The notes below the pieces were generated by a model, which was not told the DNA's origin, searched no databases, and was given only the letters and a program-made list of their open reading frames with translations. DNA of 64,000 nucleotides, from the NCBI GenBank assembly GCA_963664325.2, contig CAXXDQ010000003.1, positions 992,001 to 1,056,000 on the forward strand, read 5' to 3'. Position numbers and translations under genes: made by a program. The DNA comes from Desulfomonilia bacterium. GTDB taxonomy: Bacteria; Desulfobacterota; Desulfomonilia; UBA1062. Position 1 is the first letter of the stretch; each line of letters begins with the position of its first letter. Of the stretch, positions 10,514 to 18,798 are shown piece after piece.

Positions 10514-11456
10514 TTCTTTTTCTTTCGATAAAGCCGTAAAGCTTCCTGAAGGCCGCCCACCATATCTTCTGTCCCAGTTCAAGGGCAGGCGCAAAGGGCG
10601 TCTGGAACAGTCTGTACATCAGCTTTCTCTGCCACACCAGGAGCGAGGTGATGCTCAGGCCGTTTACCCTCTGAACTTTAATGCGGTTGTGCGTTATTGA
10701 GTAATACCTGGGCGAGGAGACGGCTTCCCATTTGCCGGATATGGTCTTGACGATTTCCATGGCGCCTATTGACGAGCAGATCCAGACAATTGGACAGAGC
10801 TGTGTCGGCGGGGCCCCGTCGAACACAAAGGATTTGTAATAGTCGATTTTCCAGCTTGCCATCGGCACATAGAAGTATGTCCCGAACTTGTATCTGGGGG
10901 TAATAAACATCTCATGCAGCTCTTCATAAGTCTTGAGCCAGGGCACCCCCTCTATATCCTCTACCGGCGGACTGTCCGGCATAATCATGCTGACATGCGC
11001 CCAGGTGCCTGACGGTACGACGAACAGGGCCGGTTTCTCAAGTCTTTGCGCATCCCTGAAGACGATCAGGCTGAATGCGAAATCATCGGCTGCAGGGAAA
11101 ACGACATCGACTTTTTTTATAAGCTCTTCGATCTCCCGGTGATTCATTCTTGTTGCATTAACCTCGACTTTTGCATCGGGGTTTATCTTCCTGATATATT
11201 CTGCAACAGCTTCCGCCTTGTTTATGCCCAGGGTATTTTCAAAGCAGCATATCTGGCGGTTCATGTTGGAGGGCTCATATTTGTCCGGCTCAATAAGGAT
11301 GAAATTTTCAACGCCCGAGCGGGCAAGGATTATTGCCACAGTCCCGCCTATGCCGCCGCATCCGATAATAAGGATTTTGGCCGCCTTCAGCAGCGACTGC
11401 TCCCTTTCGGTAAATATACCGTAATTCCTTTCAAACAGTTTCCGGTAATTATCCAC
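10506..11456 (-). CDS. ThiF/E1-like adenylyltransferase
   Basis: FERNYG, IIGCGGIGG, DKYEPSNMNRQ, NKAE and AADD motifs; no MoeB-type CxxC zinc pairs. Confidence 0.88.
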   Translation of the reverse strand: MDNYRKLFERNYGIFTEREQSLLKAAKILIIGCGGIGGTVAIILARSGVENFILIEPDKYEPSNMNRQICCFENTLGINKAEAVAEYIRKINPDAKVEVNATRMNHREIEELIKKVDVVFPAADDFAFSLIVFRDAQRLEKPALFVVPSGTWAHVSMIMPDSPPVEDIEGVPWLKTYEELHEMFITPRYKFGTYFYVPMASWKIDYYKSFVFDGAPPTQLCPIVWICSSIGAMEIVKTISGKWEAVSSPRYYSITHNRIKVQRVNGLSITSLLVWQRKLMYRLFQTPFAPALELGQKIWWAAFRKLYGFIERKRNV

Positions 11457-11550
11457 GGCCTCCTCCCTGAAGACGTGAGATTATACTAACATAAAAAAAT
11501 ATCAACACAGAAGGTGGAATTGAATCGGTGTTTCATGTAATATCCGGGAA

Positions 11551-12570
11551 ATGGAAGCACCTGACATGCAAGACGCGAACAATGATAAACCGGCAATCAA
11601 AAAGCAGATACTCATAATGATTGCGGCTTTCTGCGCCCTTTGCCTTTACTTTGTCCTGAGCTGGATGATCGATATCAGGTATGCCTCGAAAGAGGAGGAA
11701 AGGTATTCAAAAGAGCTGGTATCGAAAGCCCAGACAGCGGGCGATATTCTCTCTGCCAGGGTTAAAAATCTGGCCGATGCCCTTGACATTTTCCGAAGGA
11801 TCTACCTGACCGAGTTTGCCGGGGAAAAAAGAGGCATCGGCTCGGTGATCGACCTTTTCGAGGAAGAGCTCAATTCGTTTCCGGAGCTGGTCAGCCTCTC
11901 GTACATGAATGCGACATCAGAGCTTGTTTATGCCAGAGGCATAGAAGGCGATGAAGGCGAGGCTGCCGTCAACGCCGCCATTGACTGGTCAAAGGAATAC
12001 TGGTCCAGGCTAGGCCCGGATGATGAAAAGCCTTTTTACACACCGGTAAAAAAAGCGGACAGGTATTACTTGCAGGGCGTTATATTTCCTGTAACGCTGG
12101 ATGAAAAGATCGCAGGCGGCCTCATCGCGGTGACAGATATGGGAACAGCAATGTCAAAGACCTTTGAACTCGCAGATATCCAGGAAGGCACAACCATCTT
12201 CCTGATCGATACGACAGGTGAGGTAATCTCTTCTTCGGGCAACGGTGAATCAATGAAATCACCCGACGCTTCCTTTATCACAAAAGATTTCATGAAAAAG
12301 GTCCTGTTGTCTCAAAACGGGTGTCTGACTACGGTGGTTAAACCAAAGGGAACGGGAAAGACAAGGCTGTCAGGCCAGCTTATTACGGCATGGCAGCAGG
12401 TAAGGCTCGGCTCGAAGGATGCCGTTGTCGTTATGACTTCACCCGCTGAAAACGCTGTCATGATATTTAAAAAAGCCAGGTTTACCCACATGATACTTGA
12501 GTTTGTTTTTGCAGTCCTTGTGGCCATGATTCTGGCCGTGTTTTTATTGAAGAACCGCAGTTCCTGCTGA
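11551..12570 (+). CDS. Two-TM membrane protein with extracytoplasmic Cache-like sensor domain and no cytoplasmic output domain
   Basis: TM at residues ~20-40; Cache-like PFYTPV...PV...GGLIAVTD...FLIDTTGEVI; second TM ends about 6 aa before the stop. Confidence 0.65.
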   Translation: MEAPDMQDANNDKPAIKKQILIMIAAFCALCLYFVLSWMIDIRYASKEEERYSKELVSKAQTAGDILSARVKNLADALDIFRRIYLTEFAGEKRGIGSVIDLFEEELNSFPELVSLSYMNATSELVYARGIEGDEGEAAVNAAIDWSKEYWSRLGPDDEKPFYTPVKKADRYYLQGVIFPVTLDEKIAGGLIAVTDMGTAMSKTFELADIQEGTTIFLIDTTGEVISSSGNGESMKSPDASFITKDFMKKVLLSQNGCLTTVVKPKGTGKTRLSGQLITAWQQVRLGSKDAVVVMTSPAENAVMIFKKARFTHMILEFVFAVLVAMILAVFLLKNRSSC

Positions 12571-12682
12571 TGCATCAGAACTGGAGATTTTCCCTGTCGC
12601 GCTTTTCATGATGTGCGCTTGATGCAGGCCGGCCGGTGTGTTAATCACTCGTTATTGTCATAAATTAAATATGGAGGAAATT

Positions 12683-14260
12683 ATGCAGGGCAGGATACCG
12701 AACGGAATAACCAGGCGTGAATTCATTGCATGGACAATTGCGGCGGCCGCAGTGTCCGCGCTTCCGGTAAAGGGCCATGCAGAAGAAAAGCCCTTAACCT
12801 CCCTGCCCAATATAGATAAAAACCGCGATGTGCTGCTTTATAACTGCAATGTAATAGATGTCCGCACGGGAAAACTCGTTCCGAATGCGCACATCCTTTA
12901 TCAGAAGGGAAAGATTGTTTCCGTCTCTGCGGGTGAGGCCGGTCCCGGCCATGCGCAGAAGATAAACCTTGAAGGGGCCTATGTAATACCGGGGCTGATT
13001 GACGGGCATTGCCATACGACCGCTTCCCCTGTTTTCGGTTCAAGCATCTGGGGACTTGCCAAGCTTATAAAGGAGCAGAGAAAGCATTTTCCGGCCTGCA
13101 TCAACGGCGGCGTGACAACCGTGAGGGACCTGGGCGCCTTCCCGCCGATTCTGCACGGATACATCGAAGATATTGACAAGGGAAAGCTCACAGGTCCGAG
13201 GATCGCTTACTGCAATTCAATAATAAATATTAACGGCGGGCATCCCGATATAAAACCGACCGATATAACCATATTTGCCGACCTGGCCAAACCTTTTATC
13301 GGAATGCTCCAGGCAAACTTCAAAAACGATAAGGAATTGAAGGAGGCGCTTGAGGAAAATACCCGTGATGCATCGTTCATCAAGCTCACCATGGACAACC
13401 TCTCGATATTCGCGGGCAAAGGAGAGATACCTGTTTACAGCGACGGGCAGCTTAAAATGATATTTGACTACGCCGATAAAAAAGGCCTGCCTGTTTCATG
13501 CCACAACCACCGGAAATGGGGCTATGACCGCGCGATGAAATATCCCTTCAATTCGATCGAGCACATGGTAGGGGATGCTTATCTCAGTGATGATGAAGTG
13601 GAACTGATGGTCAAGAAGAATGTTTCCATCGTGCCGACTCTGACCATTGCCCAGTGCTTTTTGATTGAAGATGCATATGACACTGTCCCGGCGCAGTTCA
13701 GGAATGATTTTATAGATAATGAAGTGAGGATCAGAAACGAATACGTCAATAACGATGCGTACAGGGATTTCGACCCTAAACTGCACCAGACAAACATGGA
13801 CTGCATGAAGCTCTATAAAACCATGGGCAAGGACAATCTCTATAAGAATAAAAAATTCCTGGTCGACCCGGACCTCTATTACGGGATTATGCTGCATGCC
13901 CCTCGGAACATCGGGAAGATGAAGGACGCAGGCGTGAACATCGGTGTGGGAATCGACGCCGGGATGCCGTTTGCATATTTCGGCGGATATCACCGTGAAC
14001 TCGAACTGCTCACCAGGGTGGGATTCACGAACGCCGAGGTGTTGAGATGCGCCACTCTGAACAATGCCAGGATCCTTTGCATGGAGGATAAGATCGGCTC
14101 GCTCGAACCGGGCAAATGCGCCGACATGGCCGTATATTCGGAGAACCCTCTTCAGAAGATCGAGGTATGCAGGACACCGAAAATAGTATTCAGGGATGGA
14201 GATATCCTTTTAAGTTCCGGCACGCTGAAGATTGATGATGCGGGAAAAGGGCCTGCCTGA
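12683..14260 (+). CDS. Tat-exported metal-dependent amidohydrolase
   Basis: ATG at 12683 after GGAGG; TRREF Tat motif; PGLIDGHCH, GVTTVRDLG, SIEH, GIDAG and GSLEPGKCAD motifs. Confidence 0.88.
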   Translation: MQGRIPNGITRREFIAWTIAAAAVSALPVKGHAEEKPLTSLPNIDKNRDVLLYNCNVIDVRTGKLVPNAHILYQKGKIVSVSAGEAGPGHAQKINLEGAYVIPGLIDGHCHTTASPVFGSSIWGLAKLIKEQRKHFPACINGGVTTVRDLGAFPPILHGYIEDIDKGKLTGPRIAYCNSIININGGHPDIKPTDITIFADLAKPFIGMLQANFKNDKELKEALEENTRDASFIKLTMDNLSIFAGKGEIPVYSDGQLKMIFDYADKKGLPVSCHNHRKWGYDRAMKYPFNSIEHMVGDAYLSDDEVELMVKKNVSIVPTLTIAQCFLIEDAYDTVPAQFRNDFIDNEVRIRNEYVNNDAYRDFDPKLHQTNMDCMKLYKTMGKDNLYKNKKFLVDPDLYYGIMLHAPRNIGKMKDAGVNIGVGIDAGMPFAYFGGYHRELELLTRVGFTNAEVLRCATLNNARILCMEDKIGSLEPGKCADMAVYSENPLQKIEVCRTPKIVFRDGDILLSSGTLKIDDAGKGPA

Positions 14261-14393
14261 TAAAAAGCCTGGGAAATGATGGTCTGTAAAGAATTCAGAG
14301 ACTGTTCCGATTCATGGTGAACCAGGGTTTGTTTAAGAGTTTTTCTGTTTAATGTACTCCTGATTCAAGCTGGTTTTTCTTCAGGATTTCATC

Positions 14394-14444
14394 TTGCCAA
14401 CATAAGGCAACCATGATATAAGCCTGCTGTTAAAAAATTAACAG
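14394..14444 (+). promoter_or_regulatory. sigma70 promoter followed by a Rex-like operator
   Basis: TTGCCA(14394)-N17-TATAAG(14417) with TG extension, then the palindrome CTGTTAA-AAAA-TTAACAG (14427-14444), close to the Rex consensus TTGTKAA-N4-TTMACAA. Confidence 0.6.
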
Positions 14445-14470
14445 GCAAACAAAAATTCCAGGAGGCAAAC

Positions 14471-14974
14471 ATGTCAGCAGTTAAAGAAGCAAATCTCAGC
14501 GGCCTCGAGGAGTTCACATCCGAGCAGATAGCAAAAATGGATGCTATCATTAAAAGCTACAAGGGCAAACCGGGCGCACTTATCCCGGTGCTCGAACAGG
14601 TTCAGGAAGAGCTCGGATTTCTCCCGATGGCGGTTCAGCAAAGGGTGGCAAACGGTCTTAATCTCCCGGTTGCCAATGTCTACGGCGTCGTAACATTCTA
14701 TTCATTCTTCACAATGGTCCCGAGGGGCAAGCACAATATCCGCGTATGCCTTGGGACGGCTTGTTATGTCAGAGGTTCGCAGAGGCTTCTGGAAACCATT
14801 ACAAACATTCTCGGCATAGAGCCGGGCGGCTGCACGGAGGATAGACAGTTTTCACTTGAAACGGTCCGCTGCCTCGGTGCCTGCGGTCTGGCGCCTGTCG
14901 TTGTCGTCGATAACGACACGCATGGCCAGATGAAGGCTGCAAAGCTGGAAAGCTTGCTGGCACAGTACAAATAG
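14471..14974 (+). CDS. NuoE/HndA-like [2Fe-2S] subunit
   Basis: VCLGTACYVRG and RCLGACGLAP motifs. Confidence 0.93.
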   Translation: MSAVKEANLSGLEEFTSEQIAKMDAIIKSYKGKPGALIPVLEQVQEELGFLPMAVQQRVANGLNLPVANVYGVVTFYSFFTMVPRGKHNIRVCLGTACYVRGSQRLLETITNILGIEPGGCTEDRQFSLETVRCLGACGLAPVVVVDNDTHGQMKAAKLESLLAQYK

Positions 14975-14986
14975 GAGGCTTACGTT

Positions 14987-15373
14987 ATGGCAAAACTGAC
15001 AATAGAAGATCTCAAGAAGATAAAGGAAAAGGTTGAAAAGGAAGACCAGTTCCGTTCTGGCCAGAAGAGGGTGAAAATCAACGTACACATGGGGACATGC
15101 GGGATTGCATCCGGCGCCAAGGAAGTCCTTGACACGGTCATGGAAGAGCTGAACGAGAACAAGTCAAACGATGTCCTTGTCACGACATCCGGCTGCATAG
15201 GAATCTGCAGCAGGGAGCCACTGGTCACGATAGAAGAGCAGGGCAAGGAAGCAACCGTTTATGAATATGTAAACAAGAACAAGATGAGACAGATATTCAA
15301 GCGTCATGTCATGGGCGGCGAGATACAGTCCGATTTCGTAATGGCCCGCGGCAAAGAGCAGGATGGGAGGTAG
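14987..15373 (+). CDS. Thioredoxin-like [2Fe-2S] ferredoxin (HndB-like)
   Basis: MGTCGIASGA and SGCIGICSREP motifs. Confidence 0.88.
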   Translation: MAKLTIEDLKKIKEKVEKEDQFRSGQKRVKINVHMGTCGIASGAKEVLDTVMEELNENKSNDVLVTTSGCIGICSREPLVTIEEQGKEATVYEYVNKNKMRQIFKRHVMGGEIQSDFVMARGKEQDGR

Positions 15374-15376
15374 GTC

Positions 15377-18300
15377 ATGGCAGCCAGAGTTTTCAGGGCA
15401 CACATACTTGTCTGCGGCGGAACAGGCTGCAGGGCGACGGGCAGCGAGGCGATCCTGAGCGATGTCGTAAAGGAGCTTGCTAAAAAAGGGCTGACGAATG
15501 AAGTGAGCGTGGTGGAAACCGGATGCAACGGTTTCTGCGCAGCAGGCCCGATCATGGTCATATATCCGGAAGGCACGTTCTATCAGTACGTCAAGGCCGC
15601 TGATGTTCCGGAGATAATTGAAGAGCATATCATCAAGGGACGCCCGGTTCAAAGGCTCATGTACAAAGAGCCTTTAACCGAGAAGCCAATCCCGCACATG
15701 CAGGAGATACCGTTCTTCGGCAAGCAGATGCTGATCGCACTTAAGAACAGGGGCCTTATCGATGCTGAAAAGATCGATGAATATATAGCCCGGGACGGGT
15801 ACATGGCGGCGGCGAAAGCGCTTAGCGAAATGGGTCCTGATGAGGTAATCGAGCAGGTCAAGAAATCAGGTCTTCGTGGCCGTGGGGGCGGTGGATTCCC
15901 TACAGGTATGAAGTGGTCTTTTGCCCGCAAGAGCGCCGGCACTGAGAAGTACATCCTCTGCAATGCGGATGAAGGCGACCCGGGCGCATTCATGGACCGT
16001 TCGGTACTTGAGGCAGACCCGCACGCGGTCCTCGAAGGCATGATAATCGCCGGCTTCTCAATCGGCGCAAGCCAGGGTTACATATACTGCCGCGCTGAAT
16101 ATCCGCTGGCCATCAAGAGACTGAACCTTGCAATCGAACAGGCCCGCGAATACGGTCTGCTGGGTAAAAATATCCTCGGCACCAACTACAGCCTTGATAT
16201 CGAAGTCTACCAGGGCGCGGGCGCATTCGTATGCGGCGAAGAGACCGCTTTGATGGCATCCATAGAAGGCCGCCGCGGCATGCCCAGGCCGAGGCCTCCG
16301 TTCCCCGCAACGTCGGGACTCTGGAACAAGCCCTCGGTGCTCAACAACGTCGAGACGTTTGCAAACATCCCGCAGATTATTTTAAAGGGCGGAGACTGGT
16401 ATGCATCCATCGGTACGCAGGGTTCAAAGGGTACGAAGGTTTTCGCTCTGACCGGTGCGGTCAATAATGTCGGTCTGGTCGAGGTCCCCATGGGGACGCC
16501 GATCGGCGATATCATATTCGACATTGGCGGCGGAATCCCTAACGGCAAGAACTTCAAGGCGGCACAGCTGGGCGGCCCGTCCGGCGGATGTATTCCGGCC
16601 CAGGCCTTGAACACGCCTACGGACTATGAAGAGATCGTAAAGCTCGGTGCAATCATGGGTTCGGGCGGTCTTATCGTCATGGACGAGGACACCTGCATGG
16701 TCGATACCGCACGCTTCTTCATGGAATTCTGCCAGGAAGAGTCCTGCGGAAAATGCACCCCGTGCCGTGAAGGCACCAAGCGCATGCTCGAAATACTGGA
16801 AAAGATATGCAAGGGCAAAGGGGAGGATGGCGATATAGAACTTCTCGAAGACCTTGCCTATGTCATCAAGGACTCGGCCCTTTGCGGACTCGGCCAGACA
16901 GCCCCGAACCCGGTTCTTTCGACGCTGAAATACTTCCGGGAAGAATACGAAGCCCATATCTATGACAAGAAGTGTCCGGCGGCCGTATGCTCGGCGCTCT
17001 TTAAATCTCCGTGCCAGCATGCATGCCCGATCGAAATGGATATTCCCGCCTACATAGCGCTGATAAGGGCGGGCAGGCTCGATGACGGCTACAAGCTCAT
17101 GAAGCAGACCAACCCGTTCCCCGGCGTATGCGGCCGCGTATGCCCGCAGTTCTGCGCTTCGAAATGCCGCAGAGGCCAGCTCGACGAGCCGATGGCCATC
17201 GCATGGCTCAAGAGATACATCGCAGACAACGCCAAGCGCCCTGAAGTAAAACCGGCTGAAGTAACCAGAAAACAGAAAATAGCCATAATCGGCGCAGGCC
17301 CGGCCGGCCTTACGGCAGCGCAGGACCTTGCAAAGCGCGGCTACAAGGTAACGGTGTTCGAAAGCCTTCCAATGGCTGGCGGCATGATGAGATACGCCAT
17401 TCCGGAATACAGGATGCCTCGAAACATAATCGACATTGAGGTCGCAGACATCGAAGCGCTCGGCGTAGAGATCAGGACAAACTGCAAGATCGGCAAGGAC
17501 ATCAGCTTCGACAAGTTGAAGAAGGATTATGACATAGTCCTTCTTGCAATCGGCGCCCAGAAGAGCTGGACGCTCGACATCGAAGGCGAGGATTCAAAGG
17601 GCGTTTACGGCGCGGTCGAATTCCTCCGCGAAGTCAACCTCGGCAAAAAGATCAAGGTCGGCACCAAGGTGGCGGTCATAGGCGGCGGGAACTCAGCAAT
17701 CGACGCAGCCAGGACAGCCCTCAGGCTCGGCGCAAAAGATGTGACGATCCTTTACCGCCGCGAAAGAAAAGACATGCCTGCATGGGAAAACGAGATAGTT
17801 GCGGCTGAGCATGAAGGTGTGAGGATCGAGTACCTGGTTGCTCCGACCAAGGTCATAAGCAAGGCCGGAAAGGTAACAGGCATCGAATGTGAGCGCATGA
17901 AGCTGGCCGAATTCGACAAGTCGGGCAGACGCCGTCCCAAGGCGATAGAAGGCAGCAGGTACGTGATATCGGTTGACACAATCATACCCGCAATTTCTCA
18001 GGCCCTTGATGCCGACTGGATCAATGCGGATTCAGGTGTCACTGTTACAAGGGGCGGCACTGTTGCAGTTGCTGGCCGTACCAAGACGGCAACTACGGCT
18101 GACGGCATATTCGTGGCCGGCGATGCGGCAAAAGGCCCGGCAACCGTCGTGGAGGCAATAGCGATGGGACATCAGTCTGCAGCTGAGATAGACAGCTATA
18201 TCAGGAAGCTTAACGGTGAACCCGAATACAAGATCCCTGAGAGCGAGAAAATAGACATCCCGTTCGAGGTTGATGAGGAGGTCGTCGAGACCCCGAAGGC

Positions 18301-18424
18301 CGAGATGCCGGAAATAACCCTGAAAGCCAGGGCAGGCAACTTCAATGAGGTTGAAACCGGCTACAACAAGAAGCTTGCATACAAGGAGGCTTGCCGCTGC
18401 CTGAGGTGCGATGCCGAGCTTTAA
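15377..18424 (+). CDS. NuoF/HndC-like NADH-binding flavoprotein fused to a GltD-like FAD/NAD(P)H oxidoreductase
   Basis: N-terminal 2Fe-2S domain; GRGGGGF, NADEGDPGAFMDR, GAGAFVCGEETAL and CGKCTPCREG; then CQHACP, CGRVCP, IIGAGPAG, VIGGGNSAID...YRR and C-terminal CLRC. Confidence 0.93.
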   Translation: MAARVFRAHILVCGGTGCRATGSEAILSDVVKELAKKGLTNEVSVVETGCNGFCAAGPIMVIYPEGTFYQYVKAADVPEIIEEHIIKGRPVQRLMYKEPLTEKPIPHMQEIPFFGKQMLIALKNRGLIDAEKIDEYIARDGYMAAAKALSEMGPDEVIEQVKKSGLRGRGGGGFPTGMKWSFARKSAGTEKYILCNADEGDPGAFMDRSVLEADPHAVLEGMIIAGFSIGASQGYIYCRAEYPLAIKRLNLAIEQAREYGLLGKNILGTNYSLDIEVYQGAGAFVCGEETALMASIEGRRGMPRPRPPFPATSGLWNKPSVLNNVETFANIPQIILKGGDWYASIGTQGSKGTKVFALTGAVNNVGLVEVPMGTPIGDIIFDIGGGIPNGKNFKAAQLGGPSGGCIPAQALNTPTDYEEIVKLGAIMGSGGLIVMDEDTCMVDTARFFMEFCQEESCGKCTPCREGTKRMLEILEKICKGKGEDGDIELLEDLAYVIKDSALCGLGQTAPNPVLSTLKYFREEYEAHIYDKKCPAAVCSALFKSPCQHACPIEMDIPAYIALIRAGRLDDGYKLMKQTNPFPGVCGRVCPQFCASKCRRGQLDEPMAIAWLKRYIADNAKRPEVKPAEVTRKQKIAIIGAGPAGLTAAQDLAKRGYKVTVFESLPMAGGMMRYAIPEYRMPRNIIDIEVADIEALGVEIRTNCKIGKDISFDKLKKDYDIVLLAIGAQKSWTLDIEGEDSKGVYGAVEFLREVNLGKKIKVGTKVAVIGGGNSAIDAARTALRLGAKDVTILYRRERKDMPAWENEIVAAEHEGVRIEYLVAPTKVISKAGKVTGIECERMKLAEFDKSGRRRPKAIEGSRYVISVDTIIPAISQALDADWINADSGVTVTRGGTVAVAGRTKTATTADGIFVAGDAAKGPATVVEAIAMGHQSAAEIDSYIRKLNGEPEYKIPESEKIDIPFEVDEEVVETPKAEMPEITLKARAGNFNEVETGYNKKLAYKEACRCLRCDAEL

Positions 18425-18455
18425 TACCTGATTCAAACGTTAATCATCAACACCG

Positions 18456-18493
18456 GCGGTCAGGACCCGATAAAAGTCCTGACCGCTTTTTTT
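18456..18493 (+). terminator. Rho-independent terminator
   Basis: GCGGTCAGGAC-loop-GTCCTGACCGC followed by a T run. Confidence 0.85.
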
Positions 18494-18798
18494 CTTAAAG
18501 CCTACAGCCCGTAAGGAACCTGATAATGCCTGTCCCCTGTCTGTTGTTGACAGATATCGGGTGTTAACCTATATAACATCTCGGAATATTTATATATTAT
18601 GCAGATTCCAGCATAATAATATTTCAATAAGGGAACATTATGAAAATCAAACGTACATCTTTCAGGGAATCATGGTTACTCATGATCTGTTTTTGAAAAC
18701 ACAGGGAATGAGCCTCTTGCCTTGAGCAGCGGTCAGGCCGTTTGGTATTTTGTTCCAATATTCCAATACAGCAACCGGGCATTCACGGGAGGAATTTA

